Both the position numbers and the translations under genes were made by a program. Below, one piece after another: positions 27,909-37,831 of a stretch of DNA of 64,000 nucleotides. The first letter of the stretch is position 1; the number at the start of each line of letters is the position of its first letter. The DNA lies in IMG/VR virus record IMGVR_UViG_3300031997_000001, positions 124,001-188,000 of that record; one strand, given 5' to 3'. The notes below the pieces were generated by a model that worked only from the letters and a program-made list of their open reading frames with translations, had not been told where the DNA came from and did no database searches.

Positions 27909-28136
27909 CTATCCAAGTCGGATCTTTCCCTCATCGAAGTCCTGGTGGAGCTTGTTTAGCTCCGCCCAGGCCTCGTCCACCTCGCGGAAAATGTCGGGGA
28001 TGGGGACTTCACGGTTCTGGGCACCGACTACGTCATAGATCGTGAGCTTCGCGATGGCGGTCGCCAGATTTGCACGGACGGAAGCCAGGGCGTTCCTGAC
28101 TACGTGCCTTTGCTGTGTCATGGTCTTGGGTATCAC
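27909..28136 (-). CDS. Hypothetical protein
   Basis: SD GGAGGA, GTG start. Confidence 0.6.
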   Translation of the reverse strand: MIPKTMTQQRHVVRNALASVRANLATAIAKLTIYDVVGAQNREVPIPDIFREVDEAWAELNKLHQDFDEGKIRLG

Positions 28137-28154
28137 GCTTTTCCTCCTCCCTCG

Positions 28155-28358
28155 TTAACCGGCCCGTCGCTCGTTGCACTCCAGCCACCCCAGCAGAAAG
28201 ATCATGCATTCGCGCTTCGATGCGACCGGACATATCCCGGCGTTCGGGAACACGTCGCGACCATCTTTCATGATGCGGTATCCACCGCACTCCGCCTGGA
28301 TTCTGAATCCCGCTCTGGTGGCCGTCGAGTCGAGTTCTTCCCTGCGGATTGTTTTCAG
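28155..28358 (-). CDS. Hypothetical protein, probable CTG start
   Basis: 67-codon ORF fills gap; CTGA overlaps upstream stop; GAGG 5 nt upstream. Confidence 0.5.
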   Translation of the reverse strand: MKTIRREELDSTATRAGFRIQAECGGYRIMKDGRDVFPNAGICPVASKRECMIFLLGWLECNERRAG

Positions 28359-28549
28359 AGGAGCCTCGTGAGCTGGTTCCCGCTCCGGCCGACGATCTTC
28401 CCGCCGCGGTCCCGGGTCAGGTCCGTCTTCGCGTCGTACGTGCCCCTGACCGTGCCGCCCCGGTCGATCAGCTGCTGGCGACCGTCGCTGCCCTGGTGGA
28501 TCCGACCGAGCCGGACGTTGCTGGAATCCTTGATGACCTGGTCTTCCAT
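28355..28549 (-). CDS. Hypothetical protein
   Basis: SD AAGGAG; first gene after promoter. Confidence 0.7.
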   Translation of the reverse strand: MEDQVIKDSSNVRLGRIHQGSDGRQQLIDRGGTVRGTYDAKTDLTRDRGGKIVGRSGNQLTRLL

Positions 28550-28579
28550 GACTGTCTCCTTGAGAGGTGCCGAACCCCT

Positions 28580-28609
28580 AGTAAAACAGGAGGGAATAAT
28601 TCCTGTCAA
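28580..28609 (-). promoter_or_regulatory. sigma70-like promoter
   Basis: TTGACA-18-TTTACT with TG extension. Confidence 0.65.
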
Positions 28610-30612
28610 TCACTTCACGGAGAGCCCCAGGACCTTCTCGACGGCCGTCTCGCGGACGAACTTGCTCCAGGAGAGCTTGGACTTCTGGCCGGGGCCAGGG
28701 CACTGATCATAGGCGGCCACGACGAATGCCACGCCATTCAATGGCCTGCTCTGGCAGGAATAAAGGCCCGGAAGCCCTTCGATCCGCCAGAAGGTGGAAA
28801 GCACCCCGTAGGTAGCCCCACTCATCTTGGCGTCCTGGTTCAGGAACAGATTCTTGCCGTTTGTGATGCGGGCAGCAAGCGGTAGCGACTTGGGGTCGAT
28901 CTTCTCTTTCATGACTTGACCTCCGGATCGTCGAAGCTCTTCCAGATTCCGGAGTACCCGCAAGTACAGCAACCTGCCGTACTCGTCGGCCCGTAGTCTA
29001 GCTCACTGAACCCGCGGTCTCCGGAGTCGGACATCTTGACGACTGTTTTGACGCAGATGTTGAACGGTCCATAACTCCCACATTTGGGACACTTCTTGGC
29101 CTTGAGACAATTCGCATTGGGATTGCTCAATGTTTCCCCCTGAAATGCATCATGACGCGATCCTCGACGAACCGGACGACCTTGTCCAGCTTGTTCACGT
29201 ACTGCCGAGCCACCTTGATCTGCTTCGCGACGGCCTTGTTCGGGTCCCTGTACGTGTAATCCTCCGTAAAGGCAGGGAGCCCTCCGCTGTCGCCGTGGGT
29301 ATCATTCATGAGACAGAAGTATTTGCCGTCGAAGTATTTGCCGGAGTCTGTGGGGTAGAGGTTCAACGAGCCCATACGAAGCGCGTAGCACCATCCGCCG
29401 TGATTATACCATACGCTGATTCTCCAGGGTCCGCCGCGCATTCGCTTCTGGAGAGCCCGCGCCTTGGCGAAAGCTTCTGCCTTGCCTGGCTTCATTCGGT
29501 CTCCTCGTCCTTGATGCCGTAATGCTCGTTGAAGGCTTTGCGCGCCTCGTTATTCAGGCTCTCAAGATCTTCGTCGCTCACGCCAGGGATGCCGGTAAGA
29601 TACGGCATGTCGTGCTCGCCCTCGCAGTGGATAACCGACCCGTCCTCGAGCACGATCTTGGAGAGTTGAAATGTGGGATCGCCAAATTCCGTGGTCAGGT
29701 GACCCACGACGTCCTTGACCTTCTTGCCGGTGAGCTTAACCAGGCTAATGCTGCTCCCCGGTTCATCGGATGCCTTGACGTCCTTGAAGTTCATTACTGA
29801 CCTCCTACTTCAGTTCGGGTCCGCCGATCGCCCGCCAGGCGGATTCGGGGGAACTCTGAAAGATCTCGTCGATGTCGTCCTGCTCCTGCTCTTCCCCCTC
29901 GTCCTCGGCCTCACCATCGACGTTCGCAGACGTCTCCCAGATCTTCTTGGCCTTCGACTTCGCCGGATTGGCCACATGACCCTCCAGGAGCCAGGCGTCG
30001 TACCCGTAGTCGCAACCGCCGATGTAGGTGCAGATGTACGCGGTCACCGGCTTGCCCTTGTGCGTGGCCCTGCAGATGGCCGTCCCGCCGTCGCCGGAAA
30101 GATCGCCCTCCCATTCGGGCTTGCTCATCGCTTGTCCTTTCTACCAAGCCGCCTTTGGATGAATTGCTGCACCTTCTTCTGGAAGCGCTTCTCGTCCCAG
30201 GGATGGTCCAGCTCCCACTTGAGCTTCTTAGCCGCCTCGATCTCTTCCAGGTTCTTCCGCCCCTTTGAGCCCTTCTTCAGGAGCGCTGACAAAGGCCCGA
30301 AGCCGAAAGCTGCTCGAATGGTCTTGATCGTCCGCTGACTTCTGGCGTGGCACTTGTGGCACATTAGCCCGCCACCACGGTCCGGTGCAGGCTTCCGCCT
30401 CTTGCAGATCAGGCACCGCTTGGGCATGTCTGGTTCCTTGATTACGGCTTCTCCAGCCCGTTCTCGGTTGCGGTCATTTGCTTCCCGTTGTCGATGCGCT
30501 CGACCGTGAACATCGCCTGTCCGTAGTACTTGTCCTTGAGGCGCTCGATGATCCGCACCTTGCGCATGGACTTGGTGAACCAGACGACGTCGCCGGGCTT
30601 GAATTTCTTCAT
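28610..30612 (-). other. Seven small coupled hypothetical genes (28610-28912, 28909-29130, 29127-29495, 29492-29794, 29805-30128, 30125-30427, 30442-30612)
   Basis: Tiled ORFs with SD/overlaps; two carry Zn-ribbon Cys pairs. Confidence 0.65.
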
Positions 30613-30613
30613 G

Positions 30614-31783
30614 TCAGTCCTTGTAGGGGTCCTCTTCGTCCTCGCCTGCCATCGCTACGCCGATCGGCGAGAGCTTGTGCAGGATGCGGATCGAAGCCTC
30701 ATGGTGAGCGAGGACCTCGGACAGCCGCTTGTAGCAGTGGGGCGACTCGTCGGTCCCGGCCCCGCGGAGCTCCACGTTCTCCCTCTTCACCCACTCCGTC
30801 ATCATCTCCTTGGAGATCTTCCCGCCCACGCGGGGCTGTCCCCACTTCTTGCGCTTGCCCGCAGCCTCGTTGCGACCCATGACGCGGCCCGCGCCGTGGA
30901 CGGTGGAGTAGAGGGCGACCTTGCTCTCGTCGGAGTCTACGCCTTCCACGATGACGGAGCCGTCCCCCATGCTGCCACCGATGAAGCTCCTCTGGCCAGG
31001 GAACGCAGGCGTCGCGCCCTTGCGCACTACCCAAAGCGGTGCGCCGTCGTGCGTCTCCAGCCAGCTGAAGTTATGGTGGTTGTGGACCTCATCGATGATG
31101 TTGGCACCAAGGAGCGCAGCCACCTTGCCGCAGACCCAATCCCGGCCGGCGTAAGCGTAGCGGCCGGCGAGGCTCATGCAGACAAGATAGTCCTTGCCAA
31201 GCGCGGACTCGGCATCGAAGGTGACAGGCTCGACGTTGACGCCGTCCTTGCCGCCGCCTGCCTTGATGAAGTAGGTGGCGATCTTGTGGCCCAGGCCCCG
31301 TGAGCCGAAGTGGACGCCGATCCAGACGCGCCCCGCCTCGTCCTCGAAGAGGTCCACGAAGTGATTCCCCGAGCCGATCGTGCCGAGCTGTTCGCGGGCC
31401 AGGACCTTTAGGGTACTGACGGCTCCGACGTCCCAGGCTGGACTGTTAAAGAGCGGATGCTCGACCTCTTCCTTGTTCTTCCGGCCGATGCCGAAGGAAA
31501 GGCTGTGCCAGATGTCGTCCATAATCTTGGCGATGTTCTTCCGCACTTCCGCCACGGGGGCGTCGGTAAGAACAGCCTTGTTCCCGCAGGCGATGTCGTA
31601 CCCGACCCCGGACGGGCTGATGCGCCCGTGGTAGGCGACGACGCCGCCGATAGGCACGGCGTAGCCGAGATGATGGTCGGCCATAAGAGCCACGCGGGCA
31701 GCCGTGCGCTTGCACGTCCGCATCTGCTCCACCGCGTTGTCCTGCGGGACGCCCCAGACCGGAATGCCGTCGATCATCTGCAT
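30614..31783 (-). CDS. rtcB: RtcB family RNA ligase
   Basis: MADHHLGYAVPIGGV; GYDIACGN; GTIGSGNHF; HFGSRG; HNHHNF; HGAGR; DESPHCYK. Confidence 0.95.
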   Translation of the reverse strand: MQMIDGIPVWGVPQDNAVEQMRTCKRTAARVALMADHHLGYAVPIGGVVAYHGRISPSGVGYDIACGNKAVLTDAPVAEVRKNIAKIMDDIWHSLSFGIGRKNKEEVEHPLFNSPAWDVGAVSTLKVLAREQLGTIGSGNHFVDLFEDEAGRVWIGVHFGSRGLGHKIATYFIKAGGGKDGVNVEPVTFDAESALGKDYLVCMSLAGRYAYAGRDWVCGKVAALLGANIIDEVHNHHNFSWLETHDGAPLWVVRKGATPAFPGQRSFIGGSMGDGSVIVEGVDSDESKVALYSTVHGAGRVMGRNEAAGKRKKWGQPRVGGKISKEMMTEWVKRENVELRGAGTDESPHCYKRLSEVLAHHEASIRILHKLSPIGVAMAGEDEEDPYKD

Positions 31784-31793
31784 CTGGCTTCTC

Positions 31794-32129
31794 CTAGAGC
31801 TCTCTGCTCAGCGCATCCTTGAGGTGGAATTCGGTCTCCAGCAGGGCGCGCTCATTGAAGCCTGTATATGCCGAGACACGCTGGACCTCGATCGGAGCCT
31901 TGGCGACCTCAGACAGAAGAAGGAGTCCGTCCGGGCTCATCTCCAGCACCTTGCAGAGGAGGATCGTCATCTTGGCGAACGGGGGATTGCATTTCCCGTT
32001 CTCGATGCCAGACAGGTATCCCTTGCACGTTCCAGATCGCTCAGCAAGTCGCTCGAGCGTCATGCCCCTATGCTTCCTGATCTCATGGAGCACCTGGCCG
32101 AACCGCTTTCTGGCGCTGTTTTTCATCAC
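31794..32129 (-). CDS. XRE-family HTH regulator
   Basis: RGMTLERLAERSGTCKGYLSGIENGK. Confidence 0.85.
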   Translation of the reverse strand: MMKNSARKRFGQVLHEIRKHRGMTLERLAERSGTCKGYLSGIENGKCNPPFAKMTILLCKVLEMSPDGLLLLSEVAKAPIEVQRVSAYTGFNERALLETEFHLKDALSREL

Positions 32130-32151
32130 ATTGCCTCCTTGCTCATGTCGT

Positions 32152-32187
32152 ATTGTACCAGAAAGGGGGAATTAGGAGGGAAGAATT
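32152..32187 (-). promoter_or_regulatory. Extended -10 promoter for XRE-rtcB unit
   Basis: AATTCTTCCC-16-CTGGTACAAT. Confidence 0.6.
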
Positions 32188-32194
32188 AAAGAGT

Positions 32195-32659
32195 CCTCGG
32201 CGACGGACGACGGCTCGCTTGAACGGTTCCTTGTAGCCTAGCCGCTTTTGGCTTGTCCACGGTGCAGGCGGTGTGATCATTCCCAGCGGCGTGCGGGTCG
32301 AGTAAAGCTCCGCCATGCGCGGATCTCGACACGCCCCTGCTAGGCCCAATCACATACCAGGATTTGCACCCGGCTGAACTCTCACTCTCTTTGAGGAGAG
32401 ACCATCTACTGTTTTCACCTGCTTGTGTCCGATCCCATTACTCTGGCTGGGACTTGCCGCCCAGCGTGGTACGGGGGAAGTGTCCAGAGCTGGAGGCCAC
32501 CGGGCGTCCTCCTAAGGGCAGACCCGCGCTGGATAACTCGTCATGCGATCCGCTGTTGATCAGACAACGAAACGCATCTGGTATGGACCGAGTTTCTCCA
32601 CCACGCAACGGCAACGATGGGCCGTGCCAAGAGGAACCAATGCGCGTCCGCCACCGAGG
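32195..32659 (-). ncRNA. Large structured non-coding RNA (~465 nt), family unknown
   Basis: 15-bp closing stem pairs fully (with G-U) only on - strand; about 10 nested helices; T-loop-like hairpin; no credible ORF. Confidence 0.75.
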
Positions 32660-32673
32660 CTATGTCCTCCTGA

Positions 32674-33272
32674 TTATGTCTCCTCGAAACAGAAGTAATA
32701 GCGGGGCCTGTGCTGGAAGCTCACGAGTCCACTCTTCCCGTCGGCCTTGCGGACGACGCGAGCGAACGGGGCCAGGAATCCGAGCACGTTGAAGTCGCGG
32801 GTCAGCTCCTCCGTGTTCCACACCTGTCCGTACTGCGCTTCCAGCGTCTCCCTCTCGGTGGGATGGGAATTGATCTCGCCGACCAGATGACGGCGCAGAG
32901 CTTCCGTCTCGTCCACTTTCTCGGTCATGAAGCCTCCTACTTGGCTACGGAGTCGTATGGGACCCAGACCCAGGCCAGCACATAAGCGCCCTCACTGCTG
33001 CGAGAGACCCGGGCGGTCGGCAGGGGCGCGGATGCCTCATCGACCTCCAGTGCGCCCTCATCCTCGTGAAGCCGCTTGGCGGCTTTGACGATCGCTTCGT
33101 CCGTGATGTTCTTGCTATTCTCGGTCATTTAGCCCTCCTTATTCGTCGTGGGAGGCTTGCCCGCAGTCAGCCGCAGGACCAGGAGTTGGAAGCAGAGGTC
33201 CATGATCTTCAGGCAGATGATCGTGCCAGAAGCGATCAAGGCGATGTAGATGATCGTCGTGTTGACGTCCAT
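32674..33272 (-). other. Three small hypothetical genes (32674-32928, 32937-33128, 33129-33272 TM peptide)
   Basis: Tiled ORFs with SD. Confidence 0.6.
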
Positions 33273-33300
33273 CTTATTCCCCTAAGAATTAGCCACCCTC

Positions 33301-34431
33301 TTACCTGTCTTTCGGTTCCAACCATGAGATACCCAGCGCGTCCAGAATCTGCTTTTCGCTGTCCCTGGCAATTATGTTGCCCGCGACATCCGTGAGGCCG
33401 TAGCGCGTGAGATGAAGCCCCATCGTCTTGGCCTTGACCCGGCACTTGATGTTGAACTCGGCGCTTCCCGTAAAGAAGAGCAGCCCCGCTCCGTAGGCCA
33501 CCTTCGGGACGATCCGCAGGTCGACCTGGATGCCCTCCTTCACGATCGACGTAGCCTTCTCCCCGAGGTCCAGGTTCTTACCGAGCGTCCGACAGAACCG
33601 GGAATAAGCCACCTCGCCGTCGTCCCCGGCGATCAGGATGTCGATGTCCTTCGGATCCCTGCCGCGTCGAAGCGACCCGGCCACATCGATCCGTGCGTCG
33701 GGGAACTGCTTGCGCAGGGCCTCCACGATGGCGGTCGCCACGGACATTGCCTCGGCGTGCGGGAACCTCTTCTTGAGCTGGGTCTTCCCGCGCAGCTCCT
33801 CGAGCAGCGTCGTGGTCCCGGTCGCCCGCAGCTCGCCGATCGCCTTGGCGATCCCTTCCCCGATGCCGGAGACCTGAAGCAGCATGTTGCCGTCGTACTG
33901 CTCGAAACTGTCGAGCTCCTCGATCGCCTTGGCCGCGTTCTTGTAGGCCACGGCCTTGTACTGGTTCTCCCCTGCGATCTTCAGCCGCTCCGCCGTCTCC
34001 ACCAGCGCGGCTATGATCCCGGACCGCGGGAGCACGCTCTCGACGGTCGCCCCGGACGGAGGAACGTAAGGCTGGATGACCCAGCGGCTGCCGGATGCGA
34101 TGCTGGCCCGCTTGAGCGTCCACTGACCAGCAACCTTCCCCGAATCGACGCGGAAGCGGACCAGATCCGGCGTCCGCTCCTCGATCTCTAGCTCGCCCTT
34201 CTCCCAGATCTCTACGGTCCCCGCCCCGTAGCCCGCTGCGATCTCTCCCTCGAATCCCATCCAGGAGACGGGATGGTCTTCGGTCTGGATGGCCAGGCGG
34301 GATTTCTTGCTCTTGGCAGAGAAGCCCTTGGGGATCGCCCAAGACGGAGCCACCTCGCCCTCGACGAAGCGGAAGTCGTAATGCAGCCCGGCCTTCTTGG
34401 CCAGGTGCTTCTGAATCACAAATGGGGTCAT
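33301..34431 (-). CDS. LigD-type 3'-phosphoesterase fused to family X DNA polymerase
   Basis: FVIQKH..LHYDFRF..SWAIPKG..TEDHP..GYGAGTVEIWEKG, then HhH VSGIGEGIA, AGSLRR..DIDIL, QVDLR, FTGS..FN. Confidence 0.9.
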   Translation of the reverse strand: MTPFVIQKHLAKKAGLHYDFRFVEGEVAPSWAIPKGFSAKSKKSRLAIQTEDHPVSWMGFEGEIAAGYGAGTVEIWEKGELEIEERTPDLVRFRVDSGKVAGQWTLKRASIASGSRWVIQPYVPPSGATVESVLPRSGIIAALVETAERLKIAGENQYKAVAYKNAAKAIEELDSFEQYDGNMLLQVSGIGEGIAKAIGELRATGTTTLLEELRGKTQLKKRFPHAEAMSVATAIVEALRKQFPDARIDVAGSLRRGRDPKDIDILIAGDDGEVAYSRFCRTLGKNLDLGEKATSIVKEGIQVDLRIVPKVAYGAGLLFFTGSAEFNIKCRVKAKTMGLHLTRYGLTDVAGNIIARDSEKQILDALGISWLEPKDR

Positions 34432-37400
34432 GCCTCCTCCCCGTCGACCCTGATCTTGAGCGAGACCGGAGCGTCTTCAGATGCCAGGAAGGCCTGATAG
34501 TTCTGAAGCGTGGCCGTCGGCTCGAGCTCCTCCCGCAGCGAATCCCGGATCTCCTCGTACTTCTGCTTCTTGGCGATGGCATCCTGAATCCGGGGCAGGA
34601 ACGTCTCCTCGTAGAACTTCTGTCCCAGCCGCCTGATGATCTCCCGGTCGTACATCGCGTCCGTTTGCGGGATGCCGGAGAGCTCCTTCCATGCGAAGAG
34701 GCCCGGGATCATCTCACCCTTTGGCGCGGCCTTCTTGCACGCGCAGTGCTTGGCCGCCTCGACGGCAGGGGAGGGCTTGTTCTCCAGGGCTCCCCCTCCC
34801 ACCTTCAAACGCCTACCGCCGGCGACGTGCTTGGCCAGCCAGAGGGCGTCGCCCTTGGCGCGCGAGACGGGCATCCCCTTGCTGACGTTCTTGACGAAGT
34901 TGTACACCGCGAAGACGTCAAATCGGCGAAGCATGGGAACCTCCTAGATTTCGGCGTCCCGCTCGTCCTTCTTGGTGAAGAGCTTCCGCTTCTTGCGGGG
35001 AAGCTCCGCAGCGGGAAGGTTTTCCTCCTGCGGGAAATCCTTGGTATTGATCGCACCGGACGCATCCAGGGGATGCAAGCTCGAAGTGGCCTCGTGGGAG
35101 CACGAAGCCTCCGGCTTCTTGTCCAGATCGCCGGGCGTCTTGGCTCCGGGCCGGTCGACCAGCTTCTTGTGCTGGGCGTTCCACAGCATGCTGCCTGCAG
35201 CAGGGTGGGCCTTCATGGTCTTGATCTGCTCTTCCGCCCACTCGGTGGCGGAGACCGCACAGTTGTCTCTGTCCAGCAACGGGTAGAAGGTCCCGGCGTA
35301 AAGGTTGCCTTCCCAGTAGAGGGCCCATTTCTGTCCCTCGTACTGGACCAGCAGGCTGCCATCCTTGGAATGGCAGGCCGTCAGCTGAGGTTGCGTCCAG
35401 CTGGGCCAGTTGGCGTGCTCGACCGCGGGCCACGCAGTGATTTCAGGCATATGACCTCCTTGGGTGCTTTGTCGGCCTCACGCCAAAATCCGCACCGCTT
35501 GCAGGCATAGTATCCATCGGCGTTGATCTTGAGCTTCCGGCCGCAGTTGAAACAGCTTGCCTGCTTCTGCTCGGTCATAGGCTCATCTTCTTGACCCAGG
35601 CCTCAGCAGCCCGCCGGTTGGGGAACGACGCGTGCAATTCCCCGTCGGCCATGACGACAGCGGGCATCTCCGAACGGCCGCTGACTCGGATGGTGAACTT
35701 CGGGTGCCGGTACTTCGGGTGCGAGTACAGGACCTTGTGCGTCTTGGTATCGATGATCCTGACGATGCACTCGTCCATGATGGCTTGACCGCCTGTCGAC
35801 TTGGAATTGTGGATCATCAGCGGAACCTTGACCGGCCCCATGCTCCGTCCGACGGTCCCTTCGACATCATGCTCCTCCAGCCAGTCAAGCCCGGCCTTCT
35901 TGGTGTGGCCGTACCGGACACGGATGCGACGAGCGTGCGGCCAGACTCTGCAGTTTTCAAGGATCCTCACGACTTCGGGCGGCGTCCGGGGATCGTAGCT
36001 GGTTTCGATGGGTTTCATTTCAGGTTCCTGACTTTCCTCTTGGAAATGGCCATCTGGGCCACTAGCCTGCGACGTGCCTTGATATACCACCGATCAAGCG
36101 CCTTGAGCTTTTTCGCGTAGGTTGCCTGGAGCTCGCACTCAGCCCTGTTGAAGTGGCGCTCGATCGACCGCAACATCTCGGCCTTCGTGTTGTCCTTGGT
36201 CTTATCGAGCCTGTGCAGTTCCCAGCCGACCTTGTGGCACGGACACATGCAAGCCCACTCTTCGTGAGACGCCCAGAGCTTGAAGATCTGGTGTCCGCAC
36301 TCTAGGCATCTCTTTTGCCAGGCCTTCTTCATTTGGCCTCCTGAACCGCGACGCAGGCGACATAGACGACGTCGCGGTCCCGTTTCTTGAGACTGGTGAT
36401 GACCTCTTTGCAGGCCTGCGGGAACGCGCCGTCGCGATCTGCCTCCACGACCACCGCGCCCTTCTCGAGGACCGAGTCGTCGTCCTCGAGGCGGACCTCG
36501 TAGAGCACCTTGAACTTGCCCATGGTCTTCCTCCCCAGCTTGCACATGCGCTTGTACCAGTGCCACTCTTTCTCCAGCTGGATCAGTACGACGCCTAGCA
36601 CGACGCCCAGAAGGATGTCGAGTAAGTGTTCCATGGTGTCGGTGTCTCCTAGAAGTAATCGTCGAGTGTTGGAACGACCGAGAATCCCTTCTTCCGCAGC
36701 GTTGAGCAGACCCTCCCATACATGACGCAGGTCGCCTCGTCGTCGGTGTTGAGGCCTCCCCGCGAGTCCTGTCCGTCCTTGACTTCGACGTTCTCGACAT
36801 CCGTGTCGGCCGGGTCCTTGACCGGATCACGATCGGCAGTCCGGAACCCGCAGACCCACAGATGGTTGTCCCGCTTGGCCCCCTTCGCGGTCAATATCAG
36901 GTTCTCCGTGTCGACGTCCCCTCCCGGTTCCGAGACTTCGACCTTGGCGGCTAGAGGCTTTAGCAATTCGACGACGTCTTTCGTCTTCCAGTGCGTCACG
37001 TTCGCTCTCCTAGAAGTCCTCGATGCTGAGAATCCTGCTGCCCATGCTGCCAATGGCGTTGGGCGACTTGGCCAGCTTGTCTTCCGCGATCTTCCTGATG
37101 ATGGTCTGGCGCATCTCAGAGGAGAGCTTCACCAGTTTCACGGCAGCGGCGATTCCCACGTCGACGACGGTGAATTCCTCCACCCATGCGTCGCGAAGCG
37201 TCTCCCACTTCTTGTAGGCTTCCTTGTACTTGGCGCGACGCACCACCTTCGTGCCCTGGCTGACTCCCTGGAGGCTGATTATGTCCAGCGCAAAGTCCAT
37301 CTCCCTGGGTCGGTCGCCAGCGAAGGTGCACGCCAGTTGGACGACAGCGCTTTGCGCGGAAATCCTGCTGTCGTAGGGCCGCGCCTGCTCTATGTCGACG

Positions 37401-37771
37401 GGCCAGTTCAGCGGCGGCTTTCCTCTGATCTGGCCATAGAATGTGTTGGTGGATGCGTGTCGGATGAAAAAGGCCATAGGCACCTCCTGACTGATCAGCT
37501 TCCGGGCTGATCAGCCCGGAAGCTAGTTCCATCCCAGGACGCGCTGGAAGACGACCTTGACGTGGTCGTGCTTGAGCTCGTCACCGAACGCCTGGAGCTC
37601 CGCCATGGTGACGCTCTTCTGTCCGGGCTCGTGGTTCAGGGGAGGCAGCCAGCCGTCCTCGACGGGAAGCGAACGCTGGCTGTCGGCGATGAGGGCGTCG
37701 AACTTCCCCGGTTCCACTTCCTTGTGAAAGATGATGACCTGCGTCGGCGCAGCGGACGGCGTGTTCGACAT
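34428..37771 (-). other. Nine small hypothetical genes (34428-34934, 34944-35450, 35381-35578, 35575-36018, 36015-36332, 36329-36634, 36649-36999, 37010-37477, 37523-37771)
   Basis: Tiled ORFs with SD/overlaps. Confidence 0.65.
37497..37524. repeat. Perfect 28-bp palindrome
   Basis: AGCTTCCGGGCTGA|TCAGCCCGGAAGCT. Confidence 0.9.
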
Positions 37772-37787
37772 GGGTTTCCCTCCGACA

Positions 37788-37821
37788 CCCTGCCGCCTGC
37801 TTTATGGGCAGGCGGCAGGGA
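37788..37821 (-). terminator. Strong hairpin after 37832-39094 gene
   Basis: CCCTGCCGCCTGC...GCAGGCGGCAGGG; no U-tract. Confidence 0.55.
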
Positions 37822-37831
37822 AGGATCGGGC

